Shown: piece by piece, positions 23,593-31,921 of the stretch
Position numbering within the stretch: position 1 is the first letter of the stretch
Layout: the number at the start of each line of letters is the position of its first letter
Origin: Chloroflexota bacterium
Lineage (GTDB): Bacteria; Chloroflexota; Limnocylindria; Limnocylindrales; CSP1-4
Assembly: GCA_003158295.1 (NCBI GenBank)
Contig: PMIP01000059.1
Location: forward strand, 31,617 to 88,716
DNA length: 57,100 nucleotides
Reading direction: 5' to 3'
Translations under genes and position numbers: made by a program
Notes under the pieces: generated by a model
Database searches by the model: none
What the model saw: only the letters and a program-made list of their open reading frames with translations
What the model was told of the DNA's origin: nothing

Positions 23593-24732
23593 TCAGGGAG
23601 CGGTCTCCGACAGTTGAGCTGTTCTACCGCCTCCGGTCGCCGGGAGCACGAGCTCGTCGGTCCTCGGCACCGGGAAATGCACCGGCGGGCCTGAGCGGCT
23701 GCTCTCGCGGATGATGAGCTCCGGCCGCAGCAACGTCATCTCGGGGAGCGGTTCATGGGAGCGTCTGGTCTGGCGCGACCTCGTGATCTGCTGGTCTATC
23801 GCCTTGACGGCAAGGACTCCCGCATCGGCCAGCGGTTGATAGACGGTCGTCAAAGGAGGCCAGAAATGCGACGCCTCGGCGATGTTGTCCACGCCGACCA
23901 CGGACAGCTCTTCGGGAACTCTCCGGCCGATCCGGTGGGCAGCATGCAGGACGCCGAGTGCCATCTGGTCGTTGCTGGCGAAGATGGCGTCTATGTCGGG
24001 GCAGGCTTCCAGTAATCGATACAGCCCCTGCTCTCCGCTGGAGACCGTCCAGTCGCCTTCGACGATCAGGCTCTCCTCGACCTGCCGTCCAGTCGCCTCG
24101 ATCGTCTGTCGCCAGCCGCCGAGGCGCTGCTGGGCCTCCCACCAGGTCAGTGGGCCGGTGACGATGCCCAGGTGCCGAACACCGCCGGCGATCAGATGCT
24201 CGGTCGCCAGGCAGCCGATGGCGGTGTTGTCGATGGCGATGGAAGGCAGGTGGGTCTTGCCGAACATCCCTCCCACCAGCATCACCGGGAAGGACAATTC
24301 GGCGCCCTTCGCTTGCGACCAGGCCCGGTTGTTGCTGACCTCCGGAACCGCCCAGATGACCCCGTCGACCTGGCGCGAGTGCAGGCTGTGGAGGACCCTC
24401 GCTACATCGTCAGTCTCAGGCTCGAGAATCAGGTTGAGCGAGATCCCGTAACCCATCTCGGCGGCCTGGCGCTCTATGGCAGTCACCACTCGCGACGGGC
24501 CGAAGTATTCGAGCCCGTACGCCACCACTCCCAGAACGTGGCTTCGGCCCTGCGTCAGGCCGCGGGCGAACATGTTGGGCGTGTAGCCGGTCTCCAGGAT
24601 GATCTCCTGGACGCGAGCGAAGGTCTCGGGCGCCACGTCCGGCCGGTTATTGATGACCCGGGACACGGTCTGAGTCGACACGCCGGCCGCCGCCGCCACG
24701 TCGTGGATGGTCGGCCGTCGCCCTTTGGCCAT
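23593..24732 (-). CDS. LacI-family transcriptional repressor (probable arabinose-locus regulator)
   Basis: N-terminal HTH PTIHDVAAAAGVSTQTVSRVINN and a periplasmic-binding-protein-like core. The ATG at 24732 has GGAGG at 9 nt; the in-frame ATG at 24741 abuts the SD. Confidence 0.9.
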   Translation of the reverse strand: MAKGRRPTIHDVAAAAGVSTQTVSRVINNRPDVAPETFARVQEIILETGYTPNMFARGLTQGRSHVLGVVAYGLEYFGPSRVVTAIERQAAEMGYGISLNLILEPETDDVARVLHSLHSRQVDGVIWAVPEVSNNRAWSQAKGAELSFPVMLVGGMFGKTHLPSIAIDNTAIGCLATEHLIAGGVRHLGIVTGPLTWWEAQQRLGGWRQTIEATGRQVEESLIVEGDWTVSSGEQGLYRLLEACPDIDAIFASNDQMALGVLHAAHRIGRRVPEELSVVGVDNIAEASHFWPPLTTVYQPLADAGVLAVKAIDQQITRSRQTRRSHEPLPEMTLLRPELIIRESSRSGPPVHFPVPRTDELVLPATGGGRTAQLSETAP

Positions 24733-24826
24733 CTGCGGCATCCTCCTCTAGCGGCGAGAGCAGGTCACTGAGGGCAGCAGCGTCAGACTTCGAGTATTGA
24801 CTGCCGTCTGACACGCATGCTAGCCT

Positions 24827-24864
24827 TGTTATCGCTCCCGTTACCGTTACCGGGAACGATAACA
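24827..24864. promoter_or_regulatory. Inverted repeat TGTTATCGCTCCCG-N10-CGGGAACGATAACA (candidate LacI operator)
   Basis: Arms of 14 bp with one mismatch, in the divergent lacI/ytfQ region. Lies immediately downstream of a possible TTGACT-N18-TAGCCT promoter (24796-24825). Confidence 0.45.
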
Positions 24865-25404
24865 TTGGGGAGAGAAGCCCGCAACACCAGATGCAGGGCA
24901 AGGAGAGCCCCATCGGGTAGAGAACTCGACCGAGCCGAGGTCGACGCGCGTTATGGAGCAGCCCGTTGAAGGGTCATCGGACTGGGGACGCGTAGACGGA
25001 GACCGAAGCTCGGCGTTACCGGTGCCGAGGCATTCGACGGCTTCTCGAATGGCGTCGGGGCAAGGGTCCGTCGTATATCTAGTCGCCCTGCGGAGCATCG
25101 CAATGGCATTGCCCAGCGCTGGTCCACATAGGTCGCGAACGTCGGCTCCATATCGGAGCGAATGAATTGGACTAGGACTCGCTGCACGGACACGTCCGCC
25201 TGTGTCCGTGCGGCGAGATCCTGAGGCCGCTGGCCGGCTTGGAGGAGGTGCCGATGGCGTCAGAGCCCATCTGACACGAATGGAGGCGATGAACCTGGCA
25301 CGAGTCGGAGACTCGAAGTCCAGCGAGGCAGTGGAGGAACTGCCCAATCGCACGAGGGCAGGACGAATCTCACTACTGCTCGTAGCAGACACGGAGATCA
25401 AACA

Positions 25405-26415
25405 ATGATGATGTCTCGAATGCTCCGGATCGCCGCGGCTATCGCAGTCTCTGGGGCCCTTGCCGCTTGCTCGGGGTCTGCCGCATCTCCGAGCCCGAAG
25501 GTGTACACGTACAAGGACATGACGGTCGGGTTCATCCAGACCGGGTCCGAGTCCGGCTGGCGAGCCGCGAACACCTCTTCCTTCAAGGAGACGGCAACCG
25601 CGGACGGCATCAACCTCAAGTTCTACGACTCCCAGAACAAGATCGAAAACCAGATCACCGCGTTCAACCAGTACATCCAGGACCCGGCTGTCAACGTGAT
25701 CATCCTGGCCGCCGTCGGCACCACCGGCTATGACGACGTCCTCAAGGCCGCCAAGGCCGCCAACAAGGTCGTGGTCATCGAAGACCGCCGCATCGAGGCC
25801 GATGCGAGCTTGTACTACACGTACATCGGCTCGGACTTCGACAAGGAAGGCAACAACGGCGCTGCCGCCATGTGCACTGCCCTCAAGGGCATGAGCGGCG
25901 CCAACGTCGTCGAGATCGGCGGCGATCAGGCCGCTTCGGCCGCCATCGACCGCGCCAAGGGCTTCCGCGAAGGCATCGCCAACTGCACTGACGAGAGCAT
26001 CAAGATCCTCGACACCCAGTCCGCCCCCGCATGGGACCCGGTTCAGGGCAAGGCCATCATGGAGTCCGACCTGAAGAAGTACTCGGGCCAGATCCAGGGC
26101 GTTTACGCGCACAACGACGAGCTGGCTATCGCGGCCATCCAGGCCATCGACGCAGCCGGTCTCAAGGCCGGCACCGACGTCAAGGTCATCGGCTTCGATG
26201 CCACCGCCGACGGCTTCAAGTACCTCATCTCGGGTGAGATGTTTGCTGACATCGAGTGCAACCCGCTCCTCGCCCCCCAGGTCTACAAGGCCGCTCTTGA
26301 CGCCCTCAACGGCGTCACCGGTCAGGCTGCCTGGGTCCCCTCGCAGGAGGGCCAGTTCTTCGCCTCCCAGGGCGCCGATGCCCTCAAGGCCATCCTCGCC
26401 ACTCGCAAGTACTAG
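25405..26415 (+). CDS. ytfQ: Sugar ABC transporter substrate-binding lipoprotein, YtfQ-like (furanose-binding family)
   Basis: Lipobox ALAACS. VGFIQTGSESGWRAAN and VYAHNDELAIAAIQAIDAAGLKAG closely parallel E. coli YtfQ (VGFSQVGSESGWRAAE, VYAHNDDMVIGAIQAIKEAGLKPG). Confidence 0.85.
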   Translation: MMMSRMLRIAAAIAVSGALAACSGSAASPSPKVYTYKDMTVGFIQTGSESGWRAANTSSFKETATADGINLKFYDSQNKIENQITAFNQYIQDPAVNVIILAAVGTTGYDDVLKAAKAANKVVVIEDRRIEADASLYYTYIGSDFDKEGNNGAAAMCTALKGMSGANVVEIGGDQAASAAIDRAKGFREGIANCTDESIKILDTQSAPAWDPVQGKAIMESDLKKYSGQIQGVYAHNDELAIAAIQAIDAAGLKAGTDVKVIGFDATADGFKYLISGEMFADIECNPLLAPQVYKAALDALNGVTGQAAWVPSQEGQFFASQGADALKAILATRKY

Positions 26416-26469
26416 CAACTCGCCAGGCACGTTGACTCGTCGGAGTCGACGTATCGAGTGACTCGAGCA

Positions 26470-26506
26470 GGGGAGAAGCAGCCCTCGCTGCTTCTCCCCT
26501 TGTTTG
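26470..26506 (+). terminator. Strong hairpin with T-rich tail after the binding-protein gene (intra-operon attenuator/terminator)
   Basis: ggggagaagcagc-cctc-gctgcttctcccc is a 13-bp perfect stem, followed by ttgtttg. Confidence 0.6.
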
Positions 26507-26679
26507 AACGGCCCGTGTCAGGCACGATTGGTTCTGGCCGCATGGCCGTGGACGCAGGGCCCATCCGTCCCAAACTCTGAGCCTCCGCGTGCGAGCCCGC
26601 CCGATACCGCACGGAGTGAATTCGGTCCCGGCCACGCGCATCGTTGTTCTGCTGAGCCGCACGATCAGAAGGTGACTCA

Positions 26680-28203
26680 ATGCCAGAATCCGACCGGAAC
26701 ATCGTCGTAATGAAGGGCATAGACAAGTCCTTCCCCGGCGTGCATGCCCTCCAGAACGTGGACTTCTCCCTGGCGAAGGGCGAGATCCACGCCCTCGTCG
26801 GCGAGAACGGAGCCGGGAAGTCGACCCTGATCAAGATCCTCACGGGCGTCGACCGCGCGGACAGGGGCACGATCGAGCTAGACGGGCGCGTCGTGGTGGT
26901 CCGGTCACCGCTTCAGGCGCAGGAACTCGGCATCAGCACGGTGTACCAGGAAGTCAACCTGTGCCCGAACCTCACTGTGGCCGAGAACATCCTCATCGGC
27001 CGGCAGCCCAGCCGCTTCGGCGTCAGCGTCGACTGGAAGAAGCTCAACACCCAGGCGCGCGAGTACCTCAAGCAGCTCGAGGTCCAGATCGACGTCACCA
27101 GGCCCCTCGGCTCCTACTCGGTCGCGATCCAGCAGATGGCGGCCATCGCCAGGGCGCTCGTAGTCTCCAACGCGAAGGTGCTGATCCTCGACGAGCCGAC
27201 ATCAAGCCTCACCGCCCATGAGACGGCGCAGCTCTTCAAAGTGATGAGGAAGCTGAAGAGCGAAGGCATCGCGGTGGTCTTCATCACGCACTTCCTGGAC
27301 CAGGTCTACGAAGTGTCCGACCGAGTCACCGTCCTGAGAAACGGAGCCCTCGTTGGGACTTATCCAACGGCGTCGCTTGCGAGGCTGGAGTTGATCCGCC
27401 TGATGCTGGGCCGCAGCATCACGGCCCTCGACGACATGTCGGCCCACAAGATCGAGAGCAGCCAGCACATCAAGACCGATGCTCTCCTGAAAGCCGACGA
27501 GCTGGGGCTCTCCAACTCGATCGACCCTTTCACCCTGACGCTGCACGCGGGCGAAGTTGTAGGGCTCGCCGGGCTTCTCGGTTCGGGTCGAACGGAAGTC
27601 GCGAACCTCCTCTTTGGAGTCGACAAGCCGGATGCGGGCTCGCTCACCATGGACGGCAAGCCGGTAACGGACTTCACGCCGGCGGGCTCAATCCATCGCG
27701 GCATCGCCCTCTGCCCTGAGGATCGCAAGGTCGAAGGCATCGTCGCGGACCTAAGCGTTCGCGAGAACATCATCCTGGCCATGCAGGCGGGCCTCGGCTG
27801 GTTCCGGAGAATCGGCACGAAGGAGCAGTACGAGATAGCGGACAAGTACATCAAGCTCCTGAACATCAGCACGCCAACGGCGGATCAGCAGATCAAGAAC
27901 CTCAGTGGCGGCAACCAGCAGAAGGTCATCCTGGCCCGCTGGCTGGCCGCTAACCCGCGGCTTCTGATACTCGACGAGCCCACGCGCGGCATCGACGTCG
28001 GCACCAAGGCGGACATCCAGAAACTAGTCTTGTCGCTGGCCGAGGAAGGCAAGTCGTGCATCTTCATCTCATCCGAGTTGGATGAAGTGCTGCGAACCAG
28101 CCATCGCATCGTCGTCATGCGAGACCGGTCGAAAGTGACCGAGTTCTCCGGCCAAGTCGATGAGCAGGACATCATGCAAGCGATCGCGGGAAGTGCGTCA
28201 TGA
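26680..28203 (+). CDS. ytfR: Sugar ABC transporter ATP-binding protein with duplicated ATPase domains (YtfR-like)
   Basis: Two ABC cassettes: GENGAGKST with LILDEPTS, then LSGGNQQKVILARWL with LILDEPTRGID. 507 aa. Confidence 0.85.
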   Translation: MPESDRNIVVMKGIDKSFPGVHALQNVDFSLAKGEIHALVGENGAGKSTLIKILTGVDRADRGTIELDGRVVVVRSPLQAQELGISTVYQEVNLCPNLTVAENILIGRQPSRFGVSVDWKKLNTQAREYLKQLEVQIDVTRPLGSYSVAIQQMAAIARALVVSNAKVLILDEPTSSLTAHETAQLFKVMRKLKSEGIAVVFITHFLDQVYEVSDRVTVLRNGALVGTYPTASLARLELIRLMLGRSITALDDMSAHKIESSQHIKTDALLKADELGLSNSIDPFTLTLHAGEVVGLAGLLGSGRTEVANLLFGVDKPDAGSLTMDGKPVTDFTPAGSIHRGIALCPEDRKVEGIVADLSVRENIILAMQAGLGWFRRIGTKEQYEIADKYIKLLNISTPTADQQIKNLSGGNQQKVILARWLAANPRLLILDEPTRGIDVGTKADIQKLVLSLAEEGKSCIFISSELDEVLRTSHRIVVMRDRSKVTEFSGQVDEQDIMQAIAGSAS

Positions 28204-29288
28204 ACGGCTCGTTCTCCAGGACCTGGGGCAGGCTCACGGAGAGCATGCTCTTCTTGCCCACGGCCGCCTTGTTGCTGATCCTGATCGCCGACTTCTTCCT
28301 GATCCCCGGCTTCTTCTCGATTCAGCTGAAAGGCGGCCATCTCTACGGCAACTTGATCGACATCCTGGTCCACGGATCGCCCACGATGATCCTGGCAATG
28401 GGAATGACGCTCGTGATCGCCACAGGCGGAGTCGATCTCTCCGTCGGCGCCATCATGGCCATTACATCGTCCGTGGCGTGCGTCATGATTAATCCGACCA
28501 TCGTTGGGATGAACCTCACCGACCCGCAGAAGTTCATCAACGATCCCCAGTACACCTGGGCTCCATTGTGGGCGGTGATCGTCGTGCCGATGGTCATAGC
28601 CACGCTTTGTGGGTTATGGAATGGTGTGCTCGTCGCCTACGGGCGGATCCAGCCGATGGTCGCAACGCTCGTTCTGATGATCGCCGGTCGAGGGATCGCC
28701 CAGCTGATAACGAACGCCATCCAGATCATCATCTTCAACGACACGTACGCCTTTATCGGGAACGGCTACATCCTCCTGCCGTTCTCGTTGTATGTGGCAG
28801 TCGCGGTGTTCATAGGAGCCTGGCTCTTGACACGTCGGACGTCGATAGGCGTCTTCATCGAGTCGGTCGGGATCAACTACCGATCGAGCTTCTATAGCGG
28901 CATTAACGAGAAGAAGATCAAGCTCTTCGCGTATGGTTTCTGTGGCTTCTGCGCGGGCATTGCTGGGCTCATCGTGACGTCCAACATTCGTACGTCGGAT
29001 GCGAATCAGATCGGCATGTACACAGAATTGGATGCGATCCTGGCCGTCGTAATCGGCGGGACTCTTCTCGGAACCGGGGGTCGCTTCTCGTTGATGGGGA
29101 GCGCGATCGGGGCCCTGGTTCTGCAGACGACGATCACGTCGATGCTGTCGTTCGGCGTTCCGGCGAGTGCGGTCATCGCAGTCAAGGCTTTGGTCGTGAT
29201 TGCCGTGGTCCTCCTCTATGCCGAGCAGGTCAAGGGCTTCGTTCGTAGGCTGGGCAGCTCGTCCTTGCGGAGGGAGACAGCCCAATGA
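28200..29288 (+). CDS. ytfT: Sugar ABC transporter permease (YtfT-like, BPD_transp_2 family)
   Basis: ATGA overlap with the ATPase gene. GGVDLSVGAIMA motif. About 10 TM segments. Confidence 0.85.
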   Translation: MNGSFSRTWGRLTESMLFLPTAALLLILIADFFLIPGFFSIQLKGGHLYGNLIDILVHGSPTMILAMGMTLVIATGGVDLSVGAIMAITSSVACVMINPTIVGMNLTDPQKFINDPQYTWAPLWAVIVVPMVIATLCGLWNGVLVAYGRIQPMVATLVLMIAGRGIAQLITNAIQIIIFNDTYAFIGNGYILLPFSLYVAVAVFIGAWLLTRRTSIGVFIESVGINYRSSFYSGINEKKIKLFAYGFCGFCAGIAGLIVTSNIRTSDANQIGMYTELDAILAVVIGGTLLGTGGRFSLMGSAIGALVLQTTITSMLSFGVPASAVIAVKALVVIAVVLLYAEQVKGFVRRLGSSSLRRETAQ

Positions 29289-30880
29289 AGACGCGTTTGG
29301 CCGCAGCCTTGGCGCGAAACCGGAAGTTTCTGCCGCTGGGCTCCACAGTCGGGCTCTTCTTGGTTGTCTACTTGCTCGGCTTCCTGGCTTACCCGGCGAT
29401 GCGCGACGGGCAGGCATTCTTCAACCTGATGGATGCGGCCCCGTTCTTGATCGTCACGGTCGTGGGTGAGTCCTTCGTGATCATCTCCGGCGGCATCGAC
29501 CTCTCGGTCAGTGGCATCCTCGCCCTGACTACCGTGGTCGCGGCGTCGCTGCTCCAAATGGGCTGGAGCGCGTGGATGATCTTCCCAGTCGTCCTGCTGA
29601 TGGGGATGCTCTTCGGGTTGGTGATGGGTTTGTTCATCACCTACCTGAAGGTTCAGCCCTTCATCGCAACACTGGCGGGCATGTGGCTGGCTCGTGGCCT
29701 GTCCTACGTCATCAGCGACGCCGAAGTTCGCATTCATGACGCAACGTACACCACGCTGGGCCAGACGAAGATCCTGATCCCAGGGCTGGCCGATCCTGCC
29801 ACCAAGCATGGCGACTACATCACCTACCTGGTAGCCGTGGCCCTGATCGTGCTCGCAATCGGGCTCTTCCTCGCCCACTTCACGCGGTTCGGCCGAACGG
29901 TCTACGCGATGGGCGGCGGCAACGGTGCCAACGAGCAGTCCGCCCGGCTCATGGGTCTGCCAGTGAACCGGACCAAGGTCCTCGTCTACGTCCTCAGCGG
30001 CTTCTGCTCGGCCCTGGCCGGGATCCTGTACAGCATCTACGTCATGTCGGGACGCGGCAACGCCGGGACAGGATTCGAACTGACGGCTATCGCGGCCGTC
30101 GTCATCGGCGGAATCGCGCTCACAGGCGGCGAGGGCTATCTGATAGGCGCCCTCGTAGGTGTCCTGATCACCTCGCTGATCCAGAGCATCATCCAGTACA
30201 ACGGAGAGCTCAGCAGCTATTGGGTCTACATCTTCATCGGGGCTCTGATGCTCATCTTCATCGGCGTTCAGGGAATCGTGGCCGCCTGGAATGCCGAGGC
30301 GCTCGCGCGCGCCCGCGTAGGCGGCCACGTCGTCCGCAAGCCCCCTGTCGTCTGGTACAAGCGAAGGCTCTTCCGTGGCGGAATGGTTGCGGTCGCCGTG
30401 GTCGTAGTGTTGGCCGTGAGCGTCAACGTCGTGGTTCCGTTCGTGTTCCCCAAGCAGGCAGTCGTGACCTGCACCCTCAAGCCCATGAGGCCGGACCAGG
30501 ACAAGACCTTGGCTCAGGCAGGCGCTGTGATCGTCTACGAGCGGAACGGCGGCACGTCCTGTGTCGATGAACTCTATGCCATTTACGGGGACGGCCATAT
30601 CACGATCGATCTGGGCGACAGCAGCGTCAAGCAGAAGCAGATCACAACAACACAGGTGAACTCGCTTGTGTCGGAGATCAACGATCTCGGCTTCTTCACG
30701 CCAGACTTCTACACTACTCATCACACGCCGTGCGGCGCTTGCTACCAGTACTCGACGACGATCACATACCAGGGTCAAACAAAGACTGTCGATGCCGTTG
30801 ACGGAGGAACGGACGCGCCATCCGCATACTGGCCAATGACAGGGCTCCTGGCACCCATCTTGTACGGCGGTGGCAAGTAA
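29285..30880 (+). CDS. yjfF: Sugar ABC transporter permease (YjfF-like) fused to an extra TM helix and a Cys-containing external domain of about 140 aa
   Basis: ATGA overlap with ytfT. Permease core to about aa 342 (GGIDLSVSGILA motif). A 189-aa tail from 30311 has the TM helix MVAVAVVVVLAVSVNVVVPFVF, then a domain with C-x27-C and CGAC. No in-frame stop separates core from tail. Confidence 0.8.
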   Translation: MKTRLAAALARNRKFLPLGSTVGLFLVVYLLGFLAYPAMRDGQAFFNLMDAAPFLIVTVVGESFVIISGGIDLSVSGILALTTVVAASLLQMGWSAWMIFPVVLLMGMLFGLVMGLFITYLKVQPFIATLAGMWLARGLSYVISDAEVRIHDATYTTLGQTKILIPGLADPATKHGDYITYLVAVALIVLAIGLFLAHFTRFGRTVYAMGGGNGANEQSARLMGLPVNRTKVLVYVLSGFCSALAGILYSIYVMSGRGNAGTGFELTAIAAVVIGGIALTGGEGYLIGALVGVLITSLIQSIIQYNGELSSYWVYIFIGALMLIFIGVQGIVAAWNAEALARARVGGHVVRKPPVVWYKRRLFRGGMVAVAVVVVLAVSVNVVVPFVFPKQAVVTCTLKPMRPDQDKTLAQAGAVIVYERNGGTSCVDELYAIYGDGHITIDLGDSSVKQKQITTTQVNSLVSEINDLGFFTPDFYTTHHTPCGACYQYSTTITYQGQTKTVDAVDGGTDAPSAYWPMTGLLAPILYGGGK

Positions 30881-31830
30881 TGAAAGGCAATTCCGGGATG
30901 AGTGCTCGAAAGACGCTGGCCGCAGTCATCGCGCTCGGTCTTGCCGTGACCGGCTGCGACTATATCGTGCCGCCGATCGACTTCAGCACGGCCACCCCGG
31001 TCCTGTCGAGTCAGGGCTGGTCGGGGTTCGTGACGAACGTTGCCGACGCGAACGGCGCCCTACACGTCGACCTTTCCATCAAGAACGACACGAACGATTG
31101 GAGCGCGATGGACGTAGGCTCCAGCGTCGCCAAGGTGACGGACGCGGCCGGCAAGACGAGTAGCTGCGCCACGGTTTTCGTCGGGACGTCCACCTTCGTC
31201 AACAATGGTGGCTGGTTCCTGGCGCCCGGCTTCCAGATGAAGGGGTATACCGGAGGAAGCGTCGCCAAACCAACGAAACAGATGCTCTACGTGGAGTGCG
31301 CTGGCGTCGCGAAGGCCGCTGGCGAGAAGCTGGCTGTGGACTACGCGTACATCACGGGCGCGTTCAACTACTACACGGCCTCACAGGTCTCTCACAAGAC
31401 GTTGGAGTTGGATCTCGACAAGGTCGTCTCCGATGCCAAGTACCCGGTGGGTGACAAGGTTGCGGGCCTCAAGATCGAGACCTCCAGCTCGGTCATACCT
31501 GCTATCAACGACTGCACCGTGCAGCTGACGGGCGTCAAGAGGACGGATACAGGATTCGAGTTCAGCTGGGAGAGCACGAATCCCGGCAAGGACCCAGCGT
31601 ACGTCCACATCGGCCAGCCTCCGGTCCTCGGCGCTGATGGGGTCTTGTACGGGGCGTATGTGAGCCCGCATCTGTCTAATGCCCCCATCACGCCGAACGG
31701 AGGCAAGGCCACCTGGACAACAACGGCCTCGGTCCCGACGGATGTGAGCGGCTTCTACATCCTTCTCCCAGTGGAGACGAAACAGCAGAAGTACTTCGTG
31801 GACCACGTCGTCGACATTACCGACAAGTGA
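30880..31830 (+). CDS. Lipoprotein of unknown function (two beta-rich halves, possibly Ig-like)
   Basis: Lipobox LAVTGC (signal MSARKTLAAVIALGLAVTGC). The ATG at 30880 overlaps the yjfF stop by 1 nt; an alternative ATG is at 30898. I recognise no catalytic motif. Confidence 0.7.
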   Translation: MKGNSGMSARKTLAAVIALGLAVTGCDYIVPPIDFSTATPVLSSQGWSGFVTNVADANGALHVDLSIKNDTNDWSAMDVGSSVAKVTDAAGKTSSCATVFVGTSTFVNNGGWFLAPGFQMKGYTGGSVAKPTKQMLYVECAGVAKAAGEKLAVDYAYITGAFNYYTASQVSHKTLELDLDKVVSDAKYPVGDKVAGLKIETSSSVIPAINDCTVQLTGVKRTDTGFEFSWESTNPGKDPAYVHIGQPPVLGADGVLYGAYVSPHLSNAPITPNGGKATWTTTASVPTDVSGFYILLPVETKQQKYFVDHVVDITDK

Positions 31831-31921
31831 CCTTGCGTCCCGGTCGATTGGGCAAAGTGCGTTCGCTCGTATCACGTGTGGCGCGACCTGAACGCGCCGT
31901 GCCTCGGGAGGTAGCTGGGGA

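Noticed and set aside
25280-25408. 42-codon upstream ORF ending in an ATGA overlap with the ytfQ start, plus a 6-codon ORF (25254-25274) behind a GGAGGAGG motif
   Set aside because: The ATGA junction is suggestive of coupling. However, third-codon positions are mostly A or T (gca, cga, gga, tca, cta, gta, aaa, caa), unlike every confident gene here. The SD spacing for the longer ORF is only 2 nt. I treat it as non-coding leader unless Ribo-seq says otherwise.
24847-26430. 527-aa ORF on the minus strand
   Set aside because: It runs antisense to the well-supported YtfQ-like binding-protein gene. The product is low-complexity and Gly/Asp/Val/Arg-rich with no motifs. This is the typical shadow ORF of GC-rich coding DNA.
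29216-30778. 520-aa minus-strand ORF
   Set aside because: Antisense shadow of the yjfF-like permease. No motifs and an extreme charge bias.
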